38,575 nt of DNA from Promethearchaeota archaeon (GTDB taxonomy: Archaea > Asgardarchaeota > Lokiarchaeia > Sigyniarchaeales > SOKP01): contig RDOA01000034.1 in NCBI GenBank assembly GCA_011364925.1, forward strand, positions 1 to 38,575, read 5' to 3'. A program made the translations under genes and the position numbers. Under the pieces are notes generated by a model that searched no databases, was not told the DNA's origin, and was given only the letters and a program-made list of their open reading frames with translations. This document shows, piece by piece, positions 28,859-38,029 of the stretch (its first letter is position 1; the number at the start of each line of letters is the position of its first letter).

Positions 28859-30202
28859 ATGCGAAAAAAAGTTATTATTATTGGCGCCTTAGGAATGGAT
28901 TTTCACTTATATAATACAGTATTTCGAGATAATGATGAATACGAGGTTATCGCATTCACGATCGCTGGAGAACAAAATGTAGGGACTATAGAAGAAGAGG
29001 AAAGGAAGTTTCCAGCAGAATTGGCTGGTAAATTATACCCTAACGGCATTCCAATGGTTTCAGAGGATTTACTTGAGGAAATGATCAAAAAGTATGCTGT
29101 TGATGAGGTAATCTTTGCTTACTCCGATGTATCTCACGAAGAGGTTATGCATAAAGCAAGTAGAGCCTTATCTGCAGGTGCTAATTATCGTTTAATTTCA
29201 GGGCGATTCACACAAATTAAGGCAAATAAACCAGTAATAGCTGTGTGTGCTGTAAGAACGGGATGCGGAAAAAGCCAAGTATCTAGAGCTGTTTATCGAT
29301 ATTTGAAGAAAAAAGGTATAAAAGTTATAGCCATAAGAGAACCAATGCCTTATGGAGATTTAGTTCAACAAAATGTAATGCGATTTGAAACCTACGATGA
29401 TCTAGATAAATACGATTGTACAATTGAAGAAAGAGAAGAGTATGAGCCCTATATACGACAGGGATTAGTAATTTATTCGGGAGTAGATTACGAGAAGATT
29501 ATTCGAGAAGCGGAGAAAGAAGCAGATATGATCGTATTTGATGGCGGTAATAACGAGATTTCATTTTACATCACGGATCTTCTTTTTGTAGTTGTAGATC
29601 CATTACGTCCGGGGCATGAAGTAAAATATCACCCTGGGGAAGTTAATGCGCGATATGCTGATGTGTTTGTTATTAACAAGATGAATAGTGCCAAACCCGA
29701 AGATGTGAAAATAGTAGAGAATAATTTAGATCTGCTAAATCCTAAAGCGATAAAAGTTTTTACAAATTCTACTGTTACAGCAGATAATCCTCTTAAAATG
29801 AAAGGAAAGAAGGTTATTGTAGTGGAAGATGGCCCAACTTTGACGCATGGCGGGATGGCTATCGGAGCTGGATATGTCGCTGCTAAAAATGCTGGAGCTA
29901 AAATTATAGATCCAAAACCTTTTCTTGTAGGGACCATGAAAGAGGTTTTTAAAGAATTTCCACAAATTACACAGATAGTCCCAGCTATGGGTTATAACGA
30001 TCAGCAGATTAAGGACATGGAAGATACTCTCAACAAAGCTGAATGCGAATATATAATCGATGGGAGCCCAATCGATCTCGAAAAATTAATTGATAGCAAT
30101 AAACCTATTATTAGAGTTGCATACGATATCGAAGCTATATCAAATCCAACTATAGAAGAAGTTCTTGATGAATTTATAGAAAAACATCTAAAACAAAATT
30201 AG
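28859..30202 (+). CDS. arcE: cDPG-synthetase-like P-loop ligase; arginine synthetase (ArcE) family, divergent
   Basis: LAGKLYPNGIP, FAYSDVSH, AVRTGCGKS (P-loop), PMPYGDL, CTIEEREEYEP, GVDY, DGGNN, EDGPTLTHGGM, PAMGY; OTC lies in the same locus. Confidence 0.75.
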   Translation: MRKKVIIIGALGMDFHLYNTVFRDNDEYEVIAFTIAGEQNVGTIEEEERKFPAELAGKLYPNGIPMVSEDLLEEMIKKYAVDEVIFAYSDVSHEEVMHKASRALSAGANYRLISGRFTQIKANKPVIAVCAVRTGCGKSQVSRAVYRYLKKKGIKVIAIREPMPYGDLVQQNVMRFETYDDLDKYDCTIEEREEYEPYIRQGLVIYSGVDYEKIIREAEKEADMIVFDGGNNEISFYITDLLFVVVDPLRPGHEVKYHPGEVNARYADVFVINKMNSAKPEDVKIVENNLDLLNPKAIKVFTNSTVTADNPLKMKGKKVIVVEDGPTLTHGGMAIGAGYVAAKNAGAKIIDPKPFLVGTMKEVFKEFPQITQIVPAMGYNDQQIKDMEDTLNKAECEYIIDGSPIDLEKLIDSNKPIIRVAYDIEAISNPTIEEVLDEFIEKHLKQN

Positions 30203-30214
30203 CCTACCAGAAAA

Positions 30215-30778
30215 ATGGAAAAAACCCAAATATTAATTGCTTATGGCACTCGTTATGGAGCGACCGCTGGTACCGCAGAAGAAATTTCTAAAGTTCTTCA
30301 GGGTGAAGGATTTGAATTAAAAGTCGTAAATCTCAAAGAAGAGAAAGTCAAGGACATCTCAAATTTTGATCTTATTATTATTGGGAACGGGATGAAAATG
30401 GAAATGTGGACAAGTAATGTTAAAGCATTTCTGAAAAAGTTTAGTAATGAGCTCAAAGAAAAGAAAGTGGCAATTTTCGTATCTTCAGGCGGGCGGGCGC
30501 TCATGGAATATAAAGGAGAAAATGATGAAATTGAAAGAATAACTAAAAAATACCTTGAAGATAAAGCTACTAAATACGATTTGAATCCAATCTCGATGAT
30601 CATGTTTGGAGGTATCTGGGATTATAATCAGATGGGTAAAATTTATAGAAAATTCTTAGACGCAGAAAAAGAAAATTTTATCCCGGCAGGATTTAAAGAA
30701 ACAGAGCCAGGAGTATACGATTCAAGAAATTGGGATGAGATACATAAATGGGCTAAAGAATTAGCTAATACGATTTAA
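30215..30778 (+). CDS. Flavodoxin-domain protein (HemG-like)
   Basis: LIAYGTRYGAT...AEEI FMN loop, FGG, YDSRNWDEI..WA. Confidence 0.82.
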   Translation: MEKTQILIAYGTRYGATAGTAEEISKVLQGEGFELKVVNLKEEKVKDISNFDLIIIGNGMKMEMWTSNVKAFLKKFSNELKEKKVAIFVSSGGRALMEYKGENDEIERITKKYLEDKATKYDLNPISMIMFGGIWDYNQMGKIYRKFLDAEKENFIPAGFKETEPGVYDSRNWDEIHKWAKELANTI

Positions 30779-30883
30779 AAAACTCTTTTAAGATTAGAAG
30801 AACTTTTTTTTTTATTCAAAGAAATGTTTATATAATCAAAAAACATAATTGTAATTGTGCAATTTTGAAGAGGTTGAGAAAGT

Positions 30884-31291
30884 TTGGATGATTCAACAAT
30901 TATTAAAATCAAAAACCACCTATCTGACAGATTAGAAGAGATTAAAAATGGGACATACATTCCGTACTACGATAGATTTAAAGAATTGCCGGAATTCAGA
31001 GGAATCGACAAGAAAACTTTTGAAATCGCCCGAAGGGAGTGGTATAAACAAAATCTTCCTAAGGATAAATTTAAGTTTCCTTTTATTGTGGCTAAAAAGC
31101 GAATAAAGAGGTCACTTACTAAGGGATATTGTTGGTTAATTATAGGAGTGATAGTCACTATACTTGGCTTTTGGACTGGGGTAGAGGGTAGTTGGTCTGG
31201 TGGAGCTGAGACCTTTTTAATAATAGCCGGCATAATTCTACTGGTTTTTGGAATTATAAGCCTATTATACAATAGGTTCAAAAAGTCTTAA
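30884..31291 (+). CDS. Hypothetical membrane protein with two C-terminal TM helices
   Basis: 135-aa ORF with TTG start preceded by GAGGT. Confidence 0.6.
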   Translation: MDDSTIIKIKNHLSDRLEEIKNGTYIPYYDRFKELPEFRGIDKKTFEIARREWYKQNLPKDKFKFPFIVAKKRIKRSLTKGYCWLIIGVIVTILGFWTGVEGSWSGGAETFLIIAGIILLVFGIISLLYNRFKKS

Positions 31292-31298
31292 TGAAAAA

Positions 31299-31448
31299 TG
31301 TGAAGTAATTATTGATGGGAGCCCGATAGACCTTGAAAAATTGATTAATAGTAATCACCCTATTGTCAGAGTCTCGTACGATATCGAAGCTATTAAAAGC
31401 CCAACAATAGAAGAAACATTACTTAAAAATCGTTTAAATAATATTTAA
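31299..31448 (+). pseudogene. Orphan 3'-end fragment of arcE (diverged direct repeat of 30044-30160)
   Basis: CEVIIDGSPIDLEKLINSNHPIVRVSYDIEAIKSPTIEE vs CEYIIDGSPIDLEKLIDSNKPIIRVAYDIEAISNPTIEE: 32/39 aa and 91/117 nt identical by hand. No in-frame start; stop at 31446-31448. Confidence 0.9.
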
Positions 31449-31528
31449 TTCTAAAGTCTCATTAAATCAACCATAGTTTAAAGTCATGTTTTTAATATTA
31501 TAATCATAATTCAATTGAGTGAAAATCT

Positions 31529-33709
31529 ATGGTTTTAGCAGAGATGAAATATGAACTCCACGAAGTTCGAAAAGGGTATACTAACAGAACTCTCTACATT
31601 AATCTCTCCAATAATAATATTCAGATAAAGCCCGTAACCGATGGAATGAAAGAAAATTTTATTGGAGGCAAAGGGTTTGACCTCTGGCTTATGTGGAATG
31701 GACTCCCACAAGATAAAATAGTTAAATGGAACGATCCTGAAAATGAAATATGTATCTCTTCAGGACCATTAGGAGGGAACATCTTTTATCCAGGATCTGG
31801 AAAGTCTATTGTTACTACCATTTCTCCCTTAACGGATATTGTAGTAGATTCGAATGTAGGTGGATATTTCGGTCCTTATTTGAAATTCTCTGGATTTGAT
31901 GCCATCGAAATTCAAGGAAAAGCAGAAAAAGAAGTCATTGTATATATCAATGGCGTTGGTGGGATTGTTCAAATCAAACAAGTGGAAGAATCACAAGAAT
32001 TGTCTAAATATTCTCACGAACTTACTCAACAACTTACCGAGCAATACGCTCAAGACGACCGTGAAAAACAACGAGTTTCGATAGTAAGCACTGGTCCTGC
32101 CGCAAAACACACGAATTGGGGGCTCCTAAATTTCTCATGGTATGTTCCTGGTCGAAAATGGGCGTCAAGTAAGCAAGCCGGAAGAGGGGGAATTGGCACC
32201 GTTTTTGCAGATAAGAATATAAAAGCATTAGTCTGTCGATCTCCTAAAGTTTCCGTTAGCTCAAATAATCCTGCTAATTTAGAAGAAGCAAGAAAAATAG
32301 GAATCGCACACACGCAAGAAATAATTAAACTTGATCCTGTTCAGAACGAAATGCGTAGAGTTGGAACAGGTCATCTTCCAGACATCATGAATGTTACCGA
32401 CCTCCTACCCACAGAAAATTTCCGTTTTGGAGCTCATAGAGAAATTCGAGGGAAAGAGATCCCATACAATAGGGAAATTATGAGAGGGATATATTCTGGA
32501 AAAGAAGGCGCGGATGGATGCTGGATTGGATGCACAGTCAGCTGTTCTCACTATTCGGAAGAGTATGAAGTCCGGACAGGTCCTTTTAAAGGCCAAAAGC
32601 TAATCGTCGATGGTCCAGAATACGAAACCATTGCTGGATGCGGTTCAAATTGGGGTGTGTGGGATCCTCAGTGGGTTCTAGAAGTAAATTTCTATTGTGA
32701 CACTTATGGTATAGATACTATCTCAGTTGGTACGGGAATTGCGTTTGTCATGGAGTGTTTTGAAGCTGATATCTTAAATAAGAAAATAACTGGAGGATTA
32801 GAGTTAAATTTTGGCAATGCAGAAGCTGCAGTTGAGTTAATTCACCAAATGGCTAAAGGAGAAGGCTTTGGCGTTATCGTGGGAAAAGGTATAAAATATA
32901 TGAAGAAATATTTCATTGATAATTATGGAGCAGATCCACAATTTATTCAAGACATCGGAATGGAGCACAAAGGCTTAGAATTTTCTGAATATGTGACAAA
33001 AGAATCTCTAGCTCAACAGGGAGGATATGGATTAACGAATAAAGGGCCACAACATGACGAGGCTTGGCTTATATTCGACGATGTCATCCGAAACTCGATT
33101 CCAACCTTTAAGGATAAAGCTAGAGCACTGCAATATTTCCCTTTATGGCGAACTTGGTTTGGTTTGTGTGGTTTATGTAAATTGCCTTGGAACGACATTC
33201 AACCCGAGAGTCAAGCTGATTATCCCATAACCGATCCAAACACAGGAGAGCTAGTTCGCGCTAAAATTCCCGACCATGTAAAGTGGTACACAGAATACTT
33301 CTCGGCAGTGACGGGAAGGGAATCTACAACAGAAGATCTAATTTTGATGTCTGAAAGAGTTTATAATTTTCAACGGATATTTAACATCAGATTAGGTAAA
33401 GGTCTTCGGGAACACGATTCTAATTTACCTTATAGAGCCGTTGGACCAGTTACTCCTTTAGAATACGAGAGTAGGGTCGAACGATACGATGAACAGTTAA
33501 AAGCAATGAATATAGATGTTTCAGATAAATCTACTGAAGAAAAAATCAAAATCCTTCGAAAGCATAGAGAAGAACAGTACGAAAAACTCCAAGATGCTGT
33601 ATATTTGGAACGAGGTTGGAAGAAAAACGGTTGTCCTTCAATAGCGACAGTAAAAAGATTAGGAATTGATTTTCATAAGATAATCGATATTATTGCTCCG
33701 TATCAATAA
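31529..33709 (+). CDS. aor: W/Mo aldehyde:ferredoxin oxidoreductase family protein
   Basis: FIGGKG, GPL, SPLT...SNVGG.FGP.LK.SGFD, AGRGGIG...K, CWIGCTVSC, GPEYET, CDTYGIDTIS, RGW..NG.P. Confidence 0.92.
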   Translation: MVLAEMKYELHEVRKGYTNRTLYINLSNNNIQIKPVTDGMKENFIGGKGFDLWLMWNGLPQDKIVKWNDPENEICISSGPLGGNIFYPGSGKSIVTTISPLTDIVVDSNVGGYFGPYLKFSGFDAIEIQGKAEKEVIVYINGVGGIVQIKQVEESQELSKYSHELTQQLTEQYAQDDREKQRVSIVSTGPAAKHTNWGLLNFSWYVPGRKWASSKQAGRGGIGTVFADKNIKALVCRSPKVSVSSNNPANLEEARKIGIAHTQEIIKLDPVQNEMRRVGTGHLPDIMNVTDLLPTENFRFGAHREIRGKEIPYNREIMRGIYSGKEGADGCWIGCTVSCSHYSEEYEVRTGPFKGQKLIVDGPEYETIAGCGSNWGVWDPQWVLEVNFYCDTYGIDTISVGTGIAFVMECFEADILNKKITGGLELNFGNAEAAVELIHQMAKGEGFGVIVGKGIKYMKKYFIDNYGADPQFIQDIGMEHKGLEFSEYVTKESLAQQGGYGLTNKGPQHDEAWLIFDDVIRNSIPTFKDKARALQYFPLWRTWFGLCGLCKLPWNDIQPESQADYPITDPNTGELVRAKIPDHVKWYTEYFSAVTGRESTTEDLILMSERVYNFQRIFNIRLGKGLREHDSNLPYRAVGPVTPLEYESRVERYDEQLKAMNIDVSDKSTEEKIKILRKHREEQYEKLQDAVYLERGWKKNGCPSIATVKRLGIDFHKIIDIIAPYQ

Positions 33710-33735
33710 CAACTATTGTTTAGACCTGATTATTA

Positions 33736-35820
33736 ATGGAAAACATTACTAAACACCCAATTTTGGACATTCCTGATAGAAAAAAGATAGAATTCAGCTT
33801 TGATGGAACGATTCTGTACGGATTTGAAGGAATGGTTATATCTTCTGCTTTATTTTTAAATAAAATAAAAGTTTTTGGTCATCATACCAAAGATCACAGC
33901 CCCCAGGGAATTTTTTGTGCGAACGGACAGTGTTCTCAGTGTAATGTAATCGCTGACGGAATACCGGTCAAAGCGTGTATGACACCGCTCAGAGAGGGTA
34001 TGACGATTAAAAGTTGTAATGGTTTACCAGAGATACCTGCTGATGATGTTCAACCTGAGATAAAGGATATTGATATTACTAGTACTGATGTATTAGTGAT
34101 AGGTGGTGGTCCCGCGGGGCTATCTGCTACTAAGATATTAGGAGAAAATAAAATTGATGTTGTTTTAGTTGATGATAAATCTACATTAGGGGGAAAATTA
34201 GTTCTCCAAACGCATAAATTTTTTGGTTCGCAAGAAGATGTATACGCAGGTACACGAGGCGTCGAGATAGGTAAAATACTCGGAAATATCGTGTCTAATC
34301 TTGAAACGGTAAAAATTTGGCTCGATAGTATAGCAGTTGCCGTATTTAGCGATGGTTTAGTAGGTATTATTAAAGACATGGACGAGTATGCTTTAATTAA
34401 ACCAAACTACTTATTAATTACTACAGGCGCAAGAGAAAAAATGTTAGTGTTTCCTGGAAATACGCTCCCTGGAGTATATGGTGCTGGTGCCTTTCAAACC
34501 TTAGTAAATAGAGATTTAGTTAAAGCAGCAGAAAATATTTTTATTGTGGGAGGAGGCAATGTTGGTTTAATAGCAGGATATCACGCGATTCAAGCAGGAA
34601 TAAACGTTGTAGGATTAGTCGAGGCTTTATCGCAATGTGGAGGGTATAAGGTTCACGAAGACAAATTAAAACGGTTAGGCGTTCCAATCTATACGAATCA
34701 TACCGTAATATCCGCCAATGGTCAAAATAAGTTAGAATCAATCACAATAGGTAAGTTAACGGACAGCTGGGAGATCGAACCAGGTTCAGAAAAAACATTC
34801 GCGTGTGATACTCTATTGATAGCTGTCGGACTAAATCCTGTCGACGAGTTTTACCATAAAGCGCAACAATTTAATATGAAAGTGTGGATTGCGGGTGACG
34901 CCCAAGAAATTGCTGAGGCTTCTGCGGCAATCTTTACCGGTAAAATTGAAGCGTTAAAAATCTTAAAGGAGATTGGAGTTTCAATGGCGGAAGATCTAGA
35001 AGAATTAGAAGATTTCGCTAATTTGATGAAAGCAAAACCTCCAGATCCTGTTCAAGTTGAGACTCCAGAAAAGGAAGAAGGTTTATTCCCACTTTTTCAC
35101 TGTAATCAAGAAATCCCGTGCAACCCTTGTACCACTGTGTGTCCACAACATCAAATCAAGACAGTTGACGATCTGATTACTCAATTACCATATTTCACCG
35201 ACGATGAAGACTGTATAGGCTGCGGAAAATGCGTAGCTGTTTGTCCCGGTTTAGCCATAACTTTGGTTGATTATAGAAAAGATAAAAATAACCCAATCGT
35301 TACTTTTCCTTTAGAATTAACTTCAGAAAAGATAGAAGTTGGTCGAAAAGTCATGGTTGTTAGCAATGATGGTGAATTAGGAGAGTTTGAGGTTGCGAGA
35401 GCGCGTTTTCTCAAAGAATTTCCAAAAACTCAATTAGTCTCAGTCAAACTACCTTCTGACATAGCAAAAGTAGCAGTTGGTATTAAACTTACAAAATCCA
35501 GTTACACCGAACCTATGGATCTTTATCAGCAATCCTATACCGATGACGATATAATAGTGTGTAGGTGTGAGAGAGTCTCGGTAGGAGAGATTCGCAAGTG
35601 GATTCAATATGGAGTGCATGATTTTAACGAACTGAAAGCGTTAACTAAAATTGGAATGGGTGCTTGCGGAGGGAAAACTTGTACTCCTTTAATTAATAGA
35701 ATTTTTAAAGAAGAAGGAGTCGTATCAGAAAATATTGTCCCGGGTACGAAACGACCTCTTTTTGTGGAAGTTCCAATGGGAGCTTTTGCAGGGCTAAAAG
35801 CTAAGAAAGGAGGTAATTAA
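33736..35820 (+). CDS. Fused Fe-S flavoprotein (2Fe-2S / FAD-NAD(P) Rossmann / 2x4Fe-4S / BFD-like); dye-linked proline dehydrogenase or sarcosine oxidase alpha-like
   Basis: GIFCANGQCSQC, IGGGPAG, VGGGNVG, CNQEIPCNPCTTVCP, CIGCGKCVAVCP, VCRCE...GMGACGGKTC. Confidence 0.88.
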   Translation: MENITKHPILDIPDRKKIEFSFDGTILYGFEGMVISSALFLNKIKVFGHHTKDHSPQGIFCANGQCSQCNVIADGIPVKACMTPLREGMTIKSCNGLPEIPADDVQPEIKDIDITSTDVLVIGGGPAGLSATKILGENKIDVVLVDDKSTLGGKLVLQTHKFFGSQEDVYAGTRGVEIGKILGNIVSNLETVKIWLDSIAVAVFSDGLVGIIKDMDEYALIKPNYLLITTGAREKMLVFPGNTLPGVYGAGAFQTLVNRDLVKAAENIFIVGGGNVGLIAGYHAIQAGINVVGLVEALSQCGGYKVHEDKLKRLGVPIYTNHTVISANGQNKLESITIGKLTDSWEIEPGSEKTFACDTLLIAVGLNPVDEFYHKAQQFNMKVWIAGDAQEIAEASAAIFTGKIEALKILKEIGVSMAEDLEELEDFANLMKAKPPDPVQVETPEKEEGLFPLFHCNQEIPCNPCTTVCPQHQIKTVDDLITQLPYFTDDEDCIGCGKCVAVCPGLAITLVDYRKDKNNPIVTFPLELTSEKIEVGRKVMVVSNDGELGEFEVARARFLKEFPKTQLVSVKLPSDIAKVAVGIKLTKSSYTEPMDLYQQSYTDDDIIVCRCERVSVGEIRKWIQYGVHDFNELKALTKIGMGACGGKTCTPLINRIFKEEGVVSENIVPGTKRPLFVEVPMGAFAGLKAKKGGN

Positions 35821-35822
35821 TC

Positions 35823-36989
35823 TTGGTGGAATACGATGTTATCATTATAGGAGCTGGAAGTGTGGGTGTTCCCACCGCGTTAGCTACGGCGAAAAACGGA
35901 CTTAAAACGCTCGTTGTTGATAGTTTACCTTCTGTTGCGCAAGGCGATAACAAGCACGCTATTGGAGGAATACGAGCAACACATTCTGTTAAAAGTAAAA
36001 TATGGTTATGCCAGCGCTCCATCGATATTTTCTCTTCTTGGAAGGATACATATGGAGACGATATCTGGTGGGAGCAAGGTGGCTACTGTTTCCTAGCGTT
36101 CACTGACCAAGACGAGCAAATATTAAGAAATACTGTTCGACAACAAAAAGAATATGGATTAAACATTAATTATATTGGTCCCAAGAGAATAAAAGAGTTG
36201 ATTCCGGGAATAGATAATACGAATTTAAAAGGTGGTACTTTTAGTCCTGAAGATGGAAATTCGTCTCCACTATTAGCTCTTCACGCATTTTTTCGAAAAT
36301 CAAAAGAATTTGGAGCAAGTTATACGTTTAATGAAAGCGTTATGAGTATTAAGACACATAATAAAGAAATAACAGGTGTAAAGACTAATAAATCAGAATA
36401 TAAAGCTCAAACTATTATTAATGCTGCTGGAGCACAAGCAAAAAATATTGGAAAAATGGTTAATATCGATTTACATGTCGCTCCGGAAAGCCATGAAGCG
36501 GGAATTACTGAACCCGTCAAAAAGTTCTTTTCTACGATGGTAGTTGATATCAAACCAGCAACAGATAAGAAGTTTGGGAATTCTAAAAATTACTACTTCT
36601 ATCAAAATAAGGAGGGAAAGATCATCTTTTGTTTAACCCCAGATCCTAACTTTCCCGGTCTTGATCGCTCCGAAACTAGCTCGTTCTTGCCTCAAATCAC
36701 TAAAAGGATGGTCAGATTACTTCCAAGATTAAAAAGTGTTAAGATAAGGAGAACTTGGAGGGGGCTTTACCCTATGACTCCAGATGGAAATCCTATAATT
36801 GGAAGAGTAGACGAGATCGCAGGGTTCATAAATGCTGTTGGTATGTGTGGACAAGGATTTATGCTCGGACCGGGACTTGGTGAACTTCTTTGTCGAATAA
36901 TTACAGAAAAGCTAACTTCGAAAGATCTTCAGATGTTGGAGGAACTTGCCTACGGTCGTAATTATTATAAAATAGAAGATTTAAAGTAA
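35823..36989 (+). CDS. FAD-dependent amino-acid oxidoreductase (DAO family; proline dehydrogenase or sarcosine oxidase beta-like)
   Basis: IIGAGSVG, INAAGA, RTWRGLYPMTPDGNPIIG, GQGFMLGPG; AGGAGGT-like SD upstream. Confidence 0.88.
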   Translation: MVEYDVIIIGAGSVGVPTALATAKNGLKTLVVDSLPSVAQGDNKHAIGGIRATHSVKSKIWLCQRSIDIFSSWKDTYGDDIWWEQGGYCFLAFTDQDEQILRNTVRQQKEYGLNINYIGPKRIKELIPGIDNTNLKGGTFSPEDGNSSPLLALHAFFRKSKEFGASYTFNESVMSIKTHNKEITGVKTNKSEYKAQTIINAAGAQAKNIGKMVNIDLHVAPESHEAGITEPVKKFFSTMVVDIKPATDKKFGNSKNYYFYQNKEGKIIFCLTPDPNFPGLDRSETSSFLPQITKRMVRLLPRLKSVKIRRTWRGLYPMTPDGNPIIGRVDEIAGFINAVGMCGQGFMLGPGLGELLCRIITEKLTSKDLQMLEELAYGRNYYKIEDLK

Positions 36990-37081
36990 AAAATATAAAG
37001 CATAATCTGATATAATCCTTAACAAATCTAAATTAGCTATGTATTCTTTTAAAAAATAAAAATAGATAAATTGATGGAAAA

Positions 37082-38014
37082 ATGGTTCGACATTTATTGA
37101 AAATTTCTGATTTAACTAAAGCAGAAATTGAGAAGATAATAGATAAATCTATAGAACTTAAAAATAATCCACAGAAATTTACATCAGCGCTTGAAGGAGA
37201 AACGCTCTTAATGATTTTTGAGAAACCTTCTTTGAGAACGAGAATCTCGTTCGAAGTAGGTATGCAACAATTAGGAGGTCACGCAATATTCTATTCTATA
37301 AAGGACGCACCACTTGGAAGGAAGGAGAACATTCAAGACACTGCAAAGGCTGCGTCAAGGTATATTAGCTTAATGGCAGCGCGCTTGTATAAACGACATG
37401 ATATGTGGGATTTAGCAAAATACTCAGACGTTCCAGTTATTAATATGCTCGACGATTTTGCGCATCCCTGTCAAATGATGGGAGATTTCTTAACTATAAA
37501 AGAGAAAATAGGAAGGTTAGAGCGGTTTAAAATGAGTTATTTTGGAGACGCTCATAACAATGTAACCTACGATCTGATGAGGATCTGTGCGATGTTTGGA
37601 TTGGAGTTAGATGTTGCTTGTCCTGCCGGAAAAGAATACACTCCAGAACAAATTGTTCTCGACGAAGTGGCTCAAATTTCAGAAGGAACCGGAGCATATA
37701 TCAACATTCTTCACGACGCTTATAACGCTGCGAGAGATTCTGATATTGTATATACAGATTCGTGGATGTCGTATGGCATTCCTGTAGAACAAGAAGAAGA
37801 ACGACGTAAAATTTTTACACCATTCCAAGTCAATTCACAACTGATGGAAACTGCCAAACCGGATGCAATTTTTATGAATTGTTTACCTGCAAAGCGAGGT
37901 TATGAACAAACTGCTGAAGTAATTGATGGACCTAAATCTTTTGTGTTCGATCAAGCAGAAAACAGACTCTACAGTCAAAAAGCAATAATGCTTTTCTTAC
38001 GAGATAAGTTTTAA
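37082..38014 (+). CDS. arcB: Ornithine carbamoyltransferase, probably catabolic
   Basis: FEKPSLRTR, HPCQ, GD..NNV, YTDSWMSYG, FMNCLPA, QAENRL. Confidence 0.9.
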   Translation: MVRHLLKISDLTKAEIEKIIDKSIELKNNPQKFTSALEGETLLMIFEKPSLRTRISFEVGMQQLGGHAIFYSIKDAPLGRKENIQDTAKAASRYISLMAARLYKRHDMWDLAKYSDVPVINMLDDFAHPCQMMGDFLTIKEKIGRLERFKMSYFGDAHNNVTYDLMRICAMFGLELDVACPAGKEYTPEQIVLDEVAQISEGTGAYINILHDAYNAARDSDIVYTDSWMSYGIPVEQEEERRKIFTPFQVNSQLMETAKPDAIFMNCLPAKRGYEQTAEVIDGPKSFVFDQAENRLYSQKAIMLFLRDKF

Positions 38015-38029
38015 AATATTTAAACATGG

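Noticed and set aside
28859-30202. True cyclic 2,3-diphosphoglycerate synthetase
   Set aside because: No 2-phosphoglycerate kinase is nearby, and the motifs and OTC context fit the ArcE-type subfamily better.
30044-31448. IS element or integrase-type island with att sites
   Set aside because: No recombinase or terminal inverted repeats, and the flanking repeats are only about 78% identical.
565-36096. Short (60-110 aa) ORF-track entries overlapping larger genes, e.g. 565-867, 10655-10927, 29629-29937, 30967-31281, 34050-34379
   Set aside because: They are antisense or alternate-frame shadows of well-supported CDSs and carry no motifs.
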